DNA of 62,921 bases, filler included, from Octopus bimaculoides (Eukaryota): assembly GCF_001194135.2 (NCBI RefSeq). It is 4 parts of 4 records of this genome, joined end to end, with 100 filler letters (N's around TTAATTAATTAA, not from the genome) between each part and the next. Parts side by side here need not be neighbours in the genome. Positions count along the whole stretch, not along the records: positions 1 to 20,673 come from NC_068987.1; 3 more parts are not named here. The stretch is one strand, 5' to 3'. The position numbers and the translations under genes were made by a program. The notes under the pieces were generated by a model. That model was not told the DNA's origin, searched no databases, and saw nothing but the letters and a program-made list of their open reading frames with translations. Below are positions 1 through 12,554 of this stretch, in pieces (positions within the stretch are counted from its first letter, which is position 1; each line of letters starts with the position of its first letter).

Positions 1-260
1 GAAATTAACGTGTAAGTGGCTGAGCAATCCACAGACACGTGTACCCCTAGCGTAGTTCTCAGGGAGATTCAGCGTGACACAGAGTGTGACAAGGTTGGCC
101 GTTTGAAATACAGGTACAACTCATTTTTGCCAGCTGAGTGGACTGGAGCAAGGTGAAATAAAGTGTCTTGCTCAAGGACACAGCTCGTCACCGGGAATTG
201 AACTCACGACCTTACAATCGTGAGTAGAATGCCCTAACCACTAAGCCACGCGCCTTCACA
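1..260 (-). mobile_element. tRNA-derived SINE, family A (CORE-like), tail truncated by window edge
   Basis: Minus strand reads GAAGGCGCGTGGCTTAGTGGTTAGGGC...GAGTTCAATTCCCGG (Pol III A and B boxes), then TGTGTCCTTGAGCAAGACAC (CORE-like). Closely similar copy at 52075-52400. Confidence 0.85.
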
Positions 261-329
261 CATACATACATACATACATACATACATAGCTATATGTGTT
301 TATGTGTGTGTGTTTATAAAATCAGTAGC

Positions 330-1200
330 AGATATAGTAAGATTACGTCAGAAAGTGATGCAAATAAAAATTGCTGTACTTCCTTGCACTAGAATTATAT
401 ACCAACAACATATACAAGATGCTCGAGTTAAATTTGACAGTTTACAGAAAGGAAAAGAAAACACAGTATCTCATTCAAAAATAAAAGAGGTGCAAACGAC
501 AGAGAAAATTAAAGGGGTGGAAGAAAGGTGTTATGAGTCCAACAGCTGTTTCTGTGGGGGCTCGACGATCCATAATAATGTTGGCAGATTTAGTTCATCA
601 CAGTATGCGGCTGTATGGATGCAATTAACATTGGATGAGACGAGTCTCCGTCATCGTGATAAAGATGATCTTACATATCAAATCTTAATGCAAAGAAGTT
701 CAAAGATGGAATTATTAAATGTGGAGAGCTAGCTGTATTAGAGGAGAGGACTGGGGGAGGGTATAAAATAGGGAATGATGACAAGAGAAAAAATAGTTCA
801 AGGAGAGTGAGTGGTTAATAATGTGAGTACTAAGAGAAGTAGTAGTAGAGGCGGAGAGTAGGAAGATGAATAGGAGAGTAGGGTAGATAGTATTTGAATG
901 ATAGTCTGTTGTGTTGGGTTTGTTAAGGTTTAGGGATAATAGCTATAGAATTATTGGCAGCTGATATAGTAAGAAAAGGGATGACAATTATTTGAGGGAA
1001 GTAAAGTGTCTAGTTCAGTGGCAGAGGGAGATTACTAAGGTATGTAGAAAAGTATGGGAGAAAATAGAGGGGACAGTGTGTGTGTAGGGGAGGTCAGTTG
1101 GTAGTCAAGATAGCAGTGGTTAGTGGCATAATGAATATGGGTTGGTATTGGAGAGGAAGTACTGAGGTATGCAAGTGTATGAAATTGAATAGAAGGAGGT
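330..1200 (-). mobile_element. Highly decayed Penelope-like element (RT C-terminus/GIY-YIG region)
   Basis: Minus-strand hand translation gives broken motifs (VIPFL..., KP..TD.H, LLSYSSS, SSNV.CI) resembling the PLE PFLD/KPTDSH.YL.YSSSHP/SSNVIYCI series. Many frameshifts; adjacent to a clearer PLE fragment. Confidence 0.35.
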
Positions 1201-1214
1201 GAATGGAAATGAGG

Positions 1215-1440
1215 GGAGGGGTCGACAGGTTAGTATTGAAACTTCCGATCGAGAAATGGGTGCATACTTTTGAGCGAAGATTAAGGCTTTATTTAAAAGA
1301 ATTGGTGATATTGGAGAATAATAATTTGAGACGTCAAACTGAAGGAAGTGGGTGTGCTGTTTATCAGGAAGGGAGGGGAACCAAATGATGACGTCACCAG
1401 TACAATTCCAAAGTAGAAGCTTAACGTTAGTCCTCCAAAG
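1215..1440 (-). mobile_element. Penelope-like retroelement RT fragment
   Basis: ORF 1120-1461(-) contains LWNCTGDVIIWFPSLPDKQHTHFLQFDVSNYYSPISPILLNKALIFAQKY, matching the PLE RT pattern W.NT..VI.WF..I..K....F..FDI..FYPSI...LL..AL.FA..Y. Confidence 0.75.
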
Positions 1441-1477
1441 CGGAAGCTTAACCCTTCCCATTCACCTCCCCAGTTTG

Positions 1478-1800
1478 ATTTTGCCTTTTATCCTTTCGGG
1501 TTTGCTAAAATAAGTATCATTTGAGCACTGAGGTCGATGAAGTCGACTAACTTCATCTCCCCAAATTTCAGGCCTTGTGCCTATAACAGAAAACATTTAT
1601 TATCATTATTGAGGGTGGCAAGCAAGCAGAATCATTAGTGCGTCGGACAAAATACATGAGTGCATTTCTTTCGACTCTTTACGTTCTGAGTTAAAAATTC
1701 ACTGAGATTAACTTTACCTTTCATTCTTTCGGTCGGTGTATTCGACTTACTCCTCCGCTTAAATCGTTGGTCTTATGCCAAACTTAGAAAGATTTTTAAT
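1478..1800 (+). mobile_element. Two partial family C SINE copies in tandem
   Basis: Family motifs TTTGCCTTTTATCCTTTCGGG, GAGCACTGAGGTCGATG, CAGGCCTTGTGCCTATA, followed by a second head GGCAAGCAAGCAGAATCATTAG...CTGAGTTAAAAATTC. Confidence 0.7.
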
Positions 1801-2659
1801 GGTCGAGTTAGAAGAGAAAATGTACACCCATGACTTTTTTAGGACATCACTGACTTCTAGGTGAAAGAGATGAAGTTATTTGAAGGCCAGAGGCCTGAAG
1901 AATACTAATCAGAGAGCGGAATCCACTAATGACCTGCCTGTTAGTACCTAAGGGATGGTATAAGCTGAGCGACGGCCACTCTAAGCCGGTCACCCTAAAA
2001 AAAAAAGGTTCATCTTACAGGCTTCTGCTGAATTTCTATCTAATATATTTAACTCATAAACTTTCGTGGGCCCGTGTAGAACTTACAAAAGGATGTAAAT
2101 AAATATTGTAAATAAATGATTCTTTCTATCAATTCATCCTCGATAATTTATTACCTTGCCGATCCCTATCTGTAACTTTTGTAAACTAGAAATAACAGGC
2201 AGTCAAATATCCTTAACATGACAGTATGTCATTATATTGAATAATCTAGTCGTGAATAAAATAATCAGGATGATTTCAGCTGGAATGCTTTTCATGACCA
2301 GGAATTAAATGTTAACATTTATTAGTTAGTCACATAATCACGAAGCTCTAAATTTACAGATGAGCCTTTCCCTTCATGCTTTTCCTAAAAACTGTCGCAA
2401 TGTAAGTGATGTACTTTCAACAACACACTCGTTCCTTGTTTTTTGTTTTTTGATCGCTACTTTACCGGGGTCTTTTTTACAAACTTGCCACTCCTACATC
2501 TATCCAACTAATACTATTTCCCAACGGCTCAAAACGACGCCAGCTTGTCTTTTCTCTTTTAAATCTGTATAAGTACATTTAATTTTGCTTTCCAAGACAA
2601 CTCTGCTCGAGTAGATCTATGAGCAAAGAGATTCTTGACATGCCATTCCAAAATTTTCT

Positions 2660-3650
2660 TTCGCATTTTCTAGACTTGCAGTATGTAATGTCTCCTTCCA
2701 TTTCTTACAACAGTAGTATGGTTTGAAGTCAATTCTCTCAAACATGTTATGTATTGATATATAGCCTTTACCGCTCGCAAAAGAAAACTGCAGTTTTGTC
2801 GGAACAATTCGTCAGAACAGAAGGGAATTACCAGAAGCAGTAAAACGGGTGAAACCATCCATGAAACTGTGGTTTTGAAATCCACAAAGAAGCCTACTGT
2901 CACACATCGTACCAGTTCAAAAAATCAAAATCTGTTGTTGTTTTGAGTGCCGTACATTTACATGCAGAAGTTCCTTCTGAAAATAACCTCAAGAAGAAAC
3001 CTGAAACCATACTTTTTTATAACAAAAATAAGGTAGGCATAGACGTGCTCAACCAAATGGCAAGGCTTTATTCAGTCAAAGCAAGCAGCAGACGATGGCC
3101 AATGCACGTTTTATATAATATTTTGAATGTTGCTCTTATAAACAGCTGGGTAACATGCACAAGTGTTTGCAACTCAGTCATTAGTCAACAGGAATATATT
3201 CAAAAAGTTGCTGAAGAATTTTGTGGGGAGTCACCTCATGGTCGTCTATGTATTGTCAAACGCCCTGTTGAGGAAACATCTACGTCTAGAAATAAAGTCA
3301 GACATGCATGTGTGAAAACAAAATGCCAAAACAGAACCACAGAAATGTATGGAGTTTGTAAACAACCTTTGGGTGGCAAAAGTGCGCTAAAACATTGCAA
3401 TGAATATTTAGAATTTCAATAAATTTCCTTTTATTTTGTAATGATAAATTTCTTTCAAAATATCAAACTATTGTGACTAATATCATCATGAAGTCATAAA
3501 TTCAATAGATTTATACACTCACTATAGGTTTTCTATCTTTCTTTTCTTTTATGTTTTTTCCTTTGAAATTAAAAAAAAAAACATCTTTGCATCAATTGAC
3601 ACATTCTGGTCCTTAAAGATAGGTAAAACGTCCGGACCTTCTAATGTTAA
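2660..3650 (+). mobile_element. piggyBac transposon remnant (3' part of transposase, Cys-rich tail, right end)
   Basis: KKKPETILFYNKNKVGIDVLNQMARLYSVKASSRRWPMHVLYNILNVALINSW is the classic piggyBac C-terminal catalytic region. It is followed by a decayed Cys-rich domain. The element ends ...GGACCTTCTAATGTTAA, with TTAA at 3647-3650. Confidence 0.9.
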
Positions 3651-4947
3651 TAACTTGGGGATTACTGTCGTAAACTGATTCAAAACGGATTCATATTATT
3701 CAAGTACACAACAGTATCGACCAAAAGATGAATCGTAGCATAGTAAAAACCAAAACAAATAAAAAAAAAAGCACGAAAAACTGAGATTATTGTCACGAAT
3801 GGTATTCCACTATGTATTGGTTTGAACTACAATTTTATGAAGAGAAATAAACTATCGACGATCATAATGATGGAAGGCTATTTTCGGTACCGTTACCCTT
3901 GTCTTAGCTTAGCCTCAGTTGTCCAATACGTTTACAATACATCTAAAAGATCCATCTTATGCCGTAATGGTTATGTATTAGAAATATTAGCTTGGTACTT
4001 AAATGGTACATAAAAGAATGTTTGTAAAGTTTGAGACTTAAAGAAAGCATGGAAAATGATCTCGTTATTTTATTTAAAATGCATTAGATTAAAGTACAAT
4101 TAAGAAAATTCAGTATTCATTATTCACCTTATTTTTGTGGCTCAAACAAATCAAGATTGGAACTTGAAAGAGGGGAAAAGATTATGCACAAAGCCAATAA
4201 TTCATGGGAGAGGGAGGTGAGAAAATTACACGCTCATGCCTTTCTTAAGGAAAACAGAAACATAAGAAGTTGGGCAATTTCAACCGTGAACCGAACACAT
4301 TATAAGAACTTGGTTTATTAGAAGTTTACCTCAACTATATTGAGACCATTTTAGGATTTCATATATTGCGACAAAGCCAACATTTGCAAGGGAATGAGTA
4401 CAAACGAACCAATAAATTCCAGTACATCATTTTACCGACCCCGCAAAGATGCCAAAAAACAAATGAACCCAGAATTGTTTTTAACAAACTCACTATTCTC
4501 ACAGTTAAGTGTATATTACAATAGAATTATGGAGTGTTTTTTCCCATATGACAAAATACTTCAACAAATATAAAATTATGTAAATGGTGGAAACAATCTT
4601 TTCTTTTATTCACTATTTATTCTCATAACAAACTAGCTTATTCATTTGATCATTACAGTTGCTTCTAGCATCGTGATGACCACTTCATCAACAACAATCA
4701 GAGTTTATCTAATTAAAAACATAACTAGAACATATAGCATAGCACCCATGATTTGGCCATATAAAGTTGTAAATTTTCTTCTCATGTTGTATGTAAAATA
4801 GCTAATTCAGTAATTAAGACATTAGATAGATTTTTTTGTGTTCTTTGTTTTGGATCTCTACAGTTCGAGTTCAAATCTCACTTAGTTCAACAGGAGCTTA
4901 TAGCTAAGCACCAGTCAAATACTGGGTCGATGTATGTATGTATGTAT

Positions 4948-5232
4948 GTGAAGGCATGTGGCCTAATGTTAAGGATTTGCATTCACAATTTCAAGATCTT
5001 GGTTTCAATCCTCTGACGCGATGTTGTGTTCTAGGGTAAAACAATTCATTTCACGTTGTTTCCTCCCACTCATCTGTCAATGGGTAACCCTGTGACGAAC
5101 TGGTGTTCTGTTCAGGGGTAATATTGGCCTACTCGCCTAGCTAGCTGGGTGGCATCATTTTAAAGCTACAACAATGCGAGGAAGCGCACTTTGACTAGTG
5201 ATGCATAACAACATGTTATAGTCTGGTCGATA
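4948..5232 (+). mobile_element. tRNA-derived SINE related to family A
   Basis: Head GTGAAGGCATGTGGCCTAATG...GGTTTCAATCC, plus a CORE-like block TTGTGTTCTAGGGTAAAACA...CCCACTCATCTG. Confidence 0.6.
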
Positions 5233-5234
5233 CA

Positions 5235-5235
5235 T

Positions 5236-5319
<84 letters not shown>

Positions 5320-5425
5320 ATATATATATGAGTATATATATGTGTGTATATATATGTATATATAAATAAATACATACACATATATACATACACACATACC
5401 TATACATACATGTATGTATGTATGT
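5235..5425. repeat. Compound (TA)n/(TG)n/(TACA)n microsatellite
   Basis: Directly visible. Confidence 0.95.
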
Positions 5426-7669
5426 TTCGTTTGATATCATGTAATAAAAAAATTTAACATTAAAATGAAGATTGATTCAATATTTTTTGGTAGAGTATAT
5501 ATCTATTTTACACGAGTACGGAATAACATCAACATCAGTAAAAGGGAGTGCAAGTCTCCTTTTCTGTCTGTAGACTGGGGCGGCACCTTGGGCAAGTACT
5601 AGCAACCCCTTAGCCTCTCGTGCGAGGGATACAGTGAAGACCTCGGCAGCAGGACGCCGGATAACCGACTAGGCCAACAGATTGAAGGTTATTGCGTCCA
5701 GGCAGCAGACTTGTACCATCAAACAACGGTTGAGTGTCAGCTAGCTAGTTAGTTGCTATTGCGAGGCAGCCTCATTACTGACCCTGCTTATTGCACTCTT
5801 GTACACCACTTTTTTTCTTTTTGAAATTGGAAGGATTTCTCCTGATATATCCGAGAAAGCCTGTTTTACAACTTGACGCGGCGAAAAATCCATAATGATT
5901 ATCGGATACAAAAAGAAAAAAAAATACAACGAAAAAAGTATTAGATATAACTGTTACTAGATATGGATGTGCAAACACCCACATATACCTGGTCTGGCGC
6001 ACGTACACTCACTCGATATTTATTATGGATTTTCTATAAAAATGCAGCTGTATACCTTAATTTGCTATTTCTATATACGAAGACCAAGAAGAAATCTTGC
6101 GAACTTCTGCACCAAAGGATACACCTAAGCCAGACTTTCACTATCTCACCCGCGAAGAATCGATGCTAGATGGGTCGAAACAATTGNNNNNNNNNNNNNN
6201 NNNNNNNNNNNNNNNNNNNNNNNNNNNNNNNNNNNNNNNNNNNNNNNNNNNNNNNNNNNNNNNNNNNNNNNNNNNNNNNNNNNNNNNNNNNNNNNNNNNN
6301 NNNNNNNNNNNNNNNNNNNNNNNNNNNNNGATGGGTCGAAATAATTGTAGTGATTAATAGAAATTCTCGTATCTTCCATTTCTCGTCTCTCTTATTAATC
6401 AAATACACATGCACGCACGCACACACACACACACACACGCACAAACACAACTGTTTGGCTGAGATTTAGGAACAATAATGTTTCTATTTATTAGATCAGT
6501 GTTTGTGTGTCACTTAGAAAATTATATATATTTTCGAACGAGGGTGCTAAACTCCCCTGTTCGAAAATATGAAGACACACATAGTGTGTCGTATAACCAG
6601 CTGGAGACGATGTCTCCTGGAGCTAAACAACAGTAGCATTCGTCCCAACCAGGACTGCCACATTAGGTTGGCAACTAATCTTTATTTTTAAGTACTGCTA
6701 TTGAATATCTCTTGTTGATAGATTAAGGAACAACAATGTCTCTCTCTCTCTCACTCTCTCTCTCTCNNNNNNNNNNNNNNNNNNNNNNNNNNNNNNNNNN
6801 NNNNNNNNNNNNNNNNNNNNNNNNNNNNNNNNNNNNNNNNNNNNNNNNNNNNNNNNNNNNNNNNNNNNNNNNNNNNNNNNNNNNNNNNNNNNNNNNNNNN
6901 NNNNNNNNNNNNNNNNNNNNNNNNNNNNNNNNNNNNNNNNNNNNNNNNNNNNNNNNNNNNNNNNNNNNNNNNNNNNNNNNNNNNNNNNNNNNNNNNNNNN
7001 NNNNNNNNNNNNNNNNNNNNNNNNNNNNNNNNNNNNNNNNNNNNNNNNNNNNNNNNNNNNNNNNNNNNNNNNNNNNNNNNNNNNNNNNNNNNNNNNNNNN
7101 NNNNNNNNNNNNNNNNNNNNNNNNNNNNNNNNNNNNNNNNNNNNNNNNNNNNNNNNNNNNNNNNNNNNNNNNNNNNNNNNNNNNNNNNNNNNNNNNNNNN
7201 NNNNNNNNNNNNNNNNNNNNNNNNNNNNNNNNNNNNNNNNNNNNNNNNNNNNNNNNNNNATATATGTATATATATATATATGTATGTATTTTAATGGACC
7301 GAAAATTATGGAACACCAAAAGCTAAAAAACTAAAAATTATATTTTATATTTCCACGTTTGTTTGTTCTGCGAAGCAGCGACCATCGGGAGATCCAAGTG
7401 TTATTATGGATGTAGTTAGGGTGTTTTCAACACACTGAGTCCATGAAATGCTATCTCTGGACTTATACTGCAGTGATTAGCTTATCGACAGTGTTTATAC
7501 ATTAAGTATGATATACAGATGGCTATTGCAAATAGATACTGCCTCGATTACGTATAACGGATTTTGAATTAGTCGTGTGGCTATTCGTAGCATAAAACTT
7601 CGTGTTGTTTAAATAACTTTAAACCCTCTTTGCATCATTCGAGTTCTTTTTACTTTTTGTCATCGATAT

Positions 7670-7860
7670 ATATTTGAACAACATTTTAAACAACATTTTT
7701 ATCATTGTTTTAGCATTATTTTTAGACATAATTTTTTAACGTCATTTTGAATCATAAATTTTAATACCATTTTAATATCATCTTTAATATCATTTTAACA
7801 TTACATTTTTTAACATCATATTTTAATCAAAATTATTATGGCATTTTTAGCATCATATTT
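7670..7860. repeat. Degenerate AT-rich short-period tandem repeat (CATTTTTAA-like)
   Basis: Repeated CATTTT(T)AA(C/T)ATCAT units, lying just upstream of a Penelope endonuclease fragment. Confidence 0.6.
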
Positions 7861-8039
7861 CAACCAAGATTTTCTCCAAGAGTTGATAATTTTCAGTGTT
7901 TCACTCATACTATTCACGCAAATTTCTGTCTTTCGAGAAAGTAAAAGGAGAAGAAAAAGAGATCGATTGCTTTATGGTAGTCTATATATCTTAATTCAAT
8001 TGTCTGAAGTAGTTGACATCTTACACTCGCTTCTTCATT

Positions 8040-8330
8040 AGAAAATTATTCGCCTTTAGATTTCAAACCAACCTGCAGATAATATATATATCTATAAATA
8101 TAATATGTGACAATTAGCTGGAAGATCTTAGCCAAGTGTAAGCCTTACACCAACGGCAATGGAAAGTGCGGTCTTTGCGATATGGAAAGATGGCTCATCT
8201 GGAAAAGTTCTTTAGACCCTGCTACATGTCTAAATTCAAGAACTGAAGTTTTGGGGTCATGTCCACATATGGCAAAACATTTGCTACGTTTTTGGACCCC
8301 TCCCCACAAGATCACAGATAGAACCTGATT
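8040..8330 (+). mobile_element. Penelope-like element, C-terminal GIY-YIG endonuclease fragment
   Basis: TISWKILAKCKPYTNGNGKCGLCDMERWLIWK...CLNSRTEVLGSCPHMAKHLL matches the PLE C-terminus I.W.IL....PY......C.LC..EK..I...LN.R.E....C.H..K.LL. Confidence 0.85.
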
Positions 8331-8819
8331 TTTATATTATGTCCACGTACAAGCCTTTCATATGTCTTAACATCTCTTATGTATTCCTTATATATATTTT
8401 ATTGCTTTATATATACTTTCTGTATATTATTTCCCCCCCATTATAATTTTGTAACTTATACGCGTGTAGTATATACCTAATGTGTATGTGCGTGCTTATA
8501 TACATGTATACGAATATGAAACGAGCATATAACAAAGTGAAGCTAGCTTTATTTTTTCAGAAAGAAAGGAGGAATGTTGATGCTTATTTATGAATATTGT
8601 TTTACTACTAACAGCAATAAAACAAGAAACACTGAAGTAAATGAAAGCATTTTTTAAAATAGAAGTATGTTTAACCAATTACTCATATCAGTGGTTTTGG
8701 ACAGATGAACAAACAACAATTTATAAATAGTATTGTACTTTACAAGTAACATAAAAGTAAATATATAATATCAATCGTTTAAAGCAAAACAATAGGAATG
8801 TATCATTTTTGAAATATAT

Positions 8820-10220
8820 CATAAAAGGTTTTGGAAAGACTTGAAAAACCACACAACACACACACCTATTTATCAAGATTGTATTTCGGTTGTTTTAAAA
8901 GCAATACATGCAGCACAAATTTTATCAGTAAGATTATTGTTACAATTACACTTGACAAAGTTCATTACCAAAAGCAATCACTCAGATAAGTACGTTTTAT
9001 AAAATACTGTTAATACTGAATGAGTTTTCAGACAGGCAGAAATTTCAGGAATGGAAATGCAGAGTCTTAGAACATTGTCTTCTGAATTTATGCACTGTTC
9101 TTGCCACTAGTCGATCTATTTCAATTGTTTCTAATTAATTTGTCAAGTCTCCGAAATTGAGCTGCTCTGTAAATAATTCCGTTTGAACAACCCACGTTGT
9201 CCAAATTAATCCAATGGAACAGTTCCAAATTTAGGATGTCTAAAGTTATTTTGACAGCACACGTAATGAAATTTACATTTTCTTCAAATGATTTGAGGAT
9301 AGAAAATGTTAAAGAAAATTGTTCAGTGGTTAACTCAACGATGGCCAATAATTGCTTGTGTATGCTCAACAATCTCAGGCTTTTCTTCAGAAATTCGAGG
9401 ACTAGTCATACGTTTCTACAGGTTAGGAAAATACTTCAAGCCGCCGCCGTTATGATCACGTTGAAAAACTTTCAATTTGATTTCACTGTTTATGTTATCA
9501 AACATGAATGACATCAATTGCTTTTCCAGATCTATAATTTATAATTGGTGTTCAGATAATTTAAACGTGAAGAGAAATCTGTAAATCAAATCAGCAAGCA
9601 AATTCCCCGGACTCACTTCTTTATCATTCATGTTGAACGCTATCAGTTGGATAGAAACTATTTTTGAAAGGTCAGTCTCTTTATACAATCTATATATATA
9701 TTCCAATCCTTGTAATACGTATAGGCAATGTTATCAAGTAAGCCAGGTTTTCACATATATCAGCTTTGCAAAATTAAACAATAATGGCTACCATATAAGA
9801 GAATACAAACCCAGTGCGCTCATCGTTTATGTTCTTCCTTTTTCTTTTTCTTTAAAAATCATCAAAAAGGAAATGAGCATAGTCTAGCCATCATTCTTTA
9901 ATACACTCTCCCTAAAACCTACCTATTTCTATCTGTTTCTCTGCGTAAAAACCACTGAGTGCCTTTTTATGTTGAGTGTTAATCATTCTAATCTCAAAAT
10001 TGTCTGAAGTAAATTTTATCAAAACTGATTGTAATTATTTATAGCTGATTTCTCAAGAATTGCGTTATGCTTGTCCTTGGTCTTGCTGAATGCCGAGCCA
10101 ACTTTGAACAGTTTCATAATGGCCACTTTACAGAGGCAGTTCTACATATGACTGTTTCAGAACATAAACAACATAACGCTTTATCATTCTTATCGACCGT
10201 GCCAGATCATCCATTTGATA
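8820..10220 (-). mobile_element. hAT transposon remnant (SPIN/GTF2IRD2/EPM2AIP1-like transposase), internally deleted
   Basis: Minus-strand hand translation. N-terminal GTVDKNDKALCCLCSETVICRTASVK near 10100-10200; KLKVFQRDHNGGGLKYFPNL near 9420-9480; ILNLELFHWINLDN; C-terminal NLTDKICAACIAFKTT near 8890-8940. Multiple stops and frameshifts. Confidence 0.8.
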
Positions 10221-10569
10221 TTTTTTAAAAAACGTCGACGACGACGACAAGAAGAAGAAGAAGAAGAAAAAGAAGAAGAAGAAGAAGAAGAAGCAGCAGC
10301 AGCTCTGCTGTAGACACCTTCATTTGAACGATTGAATGGTTTCATTTCTTTCTTCGTTGAGTCGACGCTCTGACGTAATAGGAAGTGGGTGAATGCTACT
10401 TTAAAAATATTTCATCAGTTTAATTGACCGTAACATGCGACTCTAAATTCTCAGGAGTGAGCTAATTTATCATAATCACACATGTTCATTAACATAGTTT
10501 ACAATTGGCAGCAGCTAATTAATGCAAGATCACATGAACTATAATCTAGTATAGCACAGAGCCTGAGAA

Positions 10570-10592
10570 TATGATAATAATAATAATAATAA

Positions 10593-10663
<71 letters not shown>

Positions 10664-10693
10664 ATAATAATAATAATAATAGTAGTGGTAGTA

Positions 10694-10733
<40 letters not shown>

Positions 10734-10750
10734 TAATAATAATATTAATA
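10570..10750. repeat. Compound (AAT)n/(AGT)n microsatellite
   Basis: Directly visible; produces the spurious poly-L/V/I ORFs. Confidence 0.95.
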
Positions 10751-10751
10751 A

Positions 10752-11205
10752 TAGGGCTACAGCAAATATTCTGCTCAAAACCACAGATTTGCTTGTCAGT
10801 TGTTTGACCGTAACCAGTTGAGCATGTCCCTTAGTGGCTAACGATATGTGCATCTCACCAGCAGAAGTAGTGGGGGAGCATCATAGTCATGTGTTGAAAG
10901 AAATCATTTGGGATTTGAATAATTAACTTCCGGAAACATAGGTGTTTCGTTCAACATCCTTAAACAACTCTTACTCAGGGACCTTTTGAGTGGGATGGGC
11001 TACTCTAATTCTAACTGGACTCCACCTACAAGGTCATGCGCTGTTTATCTTTATATAATATCACCATGAGGCGCACATATGGTTGTGATGCATGTGCCTG
11101 GTGTACCCTTATCAGACGGGTAGTCATGATGGATATACAGGGCTTCGTATATTTTACCCCAGTATCACTTTGATGGCATGCACTGCTCTCTCACTCAATA
11201 ATGGA
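10752..11205. mobile_element. ~450-480 bp non-coding interspersed element, copy 1
   Basis: Colinear with 11357-11838 (CTACAGCAAATATTCTGCTCAA...GCAGAAGTAGTGG...GTCATGCGCTG...CCCTTATCAGAC); flanked by (AAT)n. Confidence 0.75.
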
Positions 11206-11355
11206 ACCGCTCGAATACTCCGGAAGGTGCTCGAAAAATAAGAGGTGTTACCTTAGTTCGTTGGTAGTGAACAGCTGACACTGTAGTTCATCTCCAGCGT
11301 TAGAAGCTGTGCAAAGGCGGCGGCAACAACAACAACAACAACAACAATAATAATA
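11203..11355 (+). mobile_element. R4/Dong-type LINE 3' end and 3' UTR
   Basis: GTARILRKVLEK* followed by a 3' UTR and (AAC)/(AAT) tail. The same 3' UTR occurs on the minus strand at 57265-57460. Confidence 0.75.
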
Positions 11356-11356
11356 G

Positions 11357-11838
11357 TAAATGCCCTGATGCAGTGCCAGGTACTGGTTCTCATGGCTTCT
11401 GATTCTAACTGGTTGAAAGAGTTATCATGTACATATTTTGTTTTGGTATAAAAGATGGACTACAGCAAATATTCTGCTCAATACTACAGATTTGCCTGTC
11501 AGTTGTTTGACCTTAACCGGTTGATCATGTCTCTTGGTGGCTCACGACATGTGCATCTCTGATCACGAGCAGAAGTAGTGGTGGAGCATCATAGCCATGT
11601 GTAGAGAGGAATTCTTTGGGGTCTGAATAATTCACCTCTAGAAATATTGGTATTTTGTTCAACACCCTTGAACAAAACTTATTCAGGGACCTTTTTTACG
11701 GGATAGGTTACTTGACCCGAAGAAAATTTTAACCGAGCCCCACCTGAAAAGTCATGCGCTGCTTTTCTTCATATGAAATCACCATGTCACGCACATATGA
11801 TTGTGATTCATGTACCTGGTGTGCCCTTATCAGACAGG
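11357..11838. mobile_element. ~480 bp non-coding interspersed element, copy 2
   Basis: Direct repeat of 10752-11205 with about 100 bp extra at the left end. Confidence 0.75.
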
Positions 11839-12285
11839 TTGACCCTCCAGTTCATGGCCAAAGCATGGTCTTGCACTGCTTGTATAAGGTTCTCGACCTC
11901 TTATTTTTTAGTCTTCCTTTCGTCAACCAATCTTACCTATTTTTTCTAGCAACTTCTGTTGTGGCTACATGGAATTGATAGTGTAGTCTCTTATTTTAAT
12001 TTTGTAATTCTTCTTCATGTCCTTTTTGTACTTCTTCCTTTGTTTTTATTTTTTTCTCTGCTTTCAATACTCCCTCGTTCCTAATTGACAGTAGCAAAGT
12101 TTCCTTACCTTGGGCTAATTATCTCATTAAGCTCTCGTGTTTAATACATACGCAGTCTTCCACACTTATCAGTCTCCTTCCTCCATATGCTCTCTTCATG
12201 TATAGGCGTCTGCATCTGGATGATGGGCTCCGTGCATCGTTAGGAGCTTTCTTGATTTTCCCTCCATATTTTTTAACTCCTCCCT
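11836..12285 (-). mobile_element. R4/Dong-type LINE fragment (post-RT region)
   Basis: EELKNMEGKSRKLLTMHGAHHP...GGRRLISVED. Its reverse complement is colinear with about 19017-19470 of the larger copy. Confidence 0.85.
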
Positions 12286-12466
12286 TTCTTCTTCTTCTTC
12301 TTCTTCTTCTTCTTCTTCTTCTTCTTCTTCTTCTTCTTCTTCTTCTTCTTCTTCTTCTTCTTCTTCTTCTTCTTCTTCTTCTTCTTCTTCTTCTTCTTCT
12401 TCTTCTTCTTCTTCTTCATAACGACGACAACAACAACAGCAATAATAGCAAAATTGTGATAAAGAG

Positions 12467-12510
<44 letters not shown>
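12286..12510. repeat. (TTC)n followed by (AAC)/(AAT)n microsatellites
   Basis: Directly visible, roughly 43 TTC units. Confidence 0.95.
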
Positions 12511-12511
<1 letters not shown>

Positions 12512-12554
12512 TCATGAAATAATTCTGATAAAGAGATAATAGTAATAATAATAA

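Noticed and set aside
6169-6347. GATGGGTCGAAA(C/T)AATTG repeated across a gap
   Set aside because: Same gap-edge overlap pattern; probably an artefact or an allelic overlap.
8107-8328. Cys/His-rich 73-aa ORF as a small novel metalloprotein
   Set aside because: It matches the C-terminus of Penelope GIY-YIG endonucleases.
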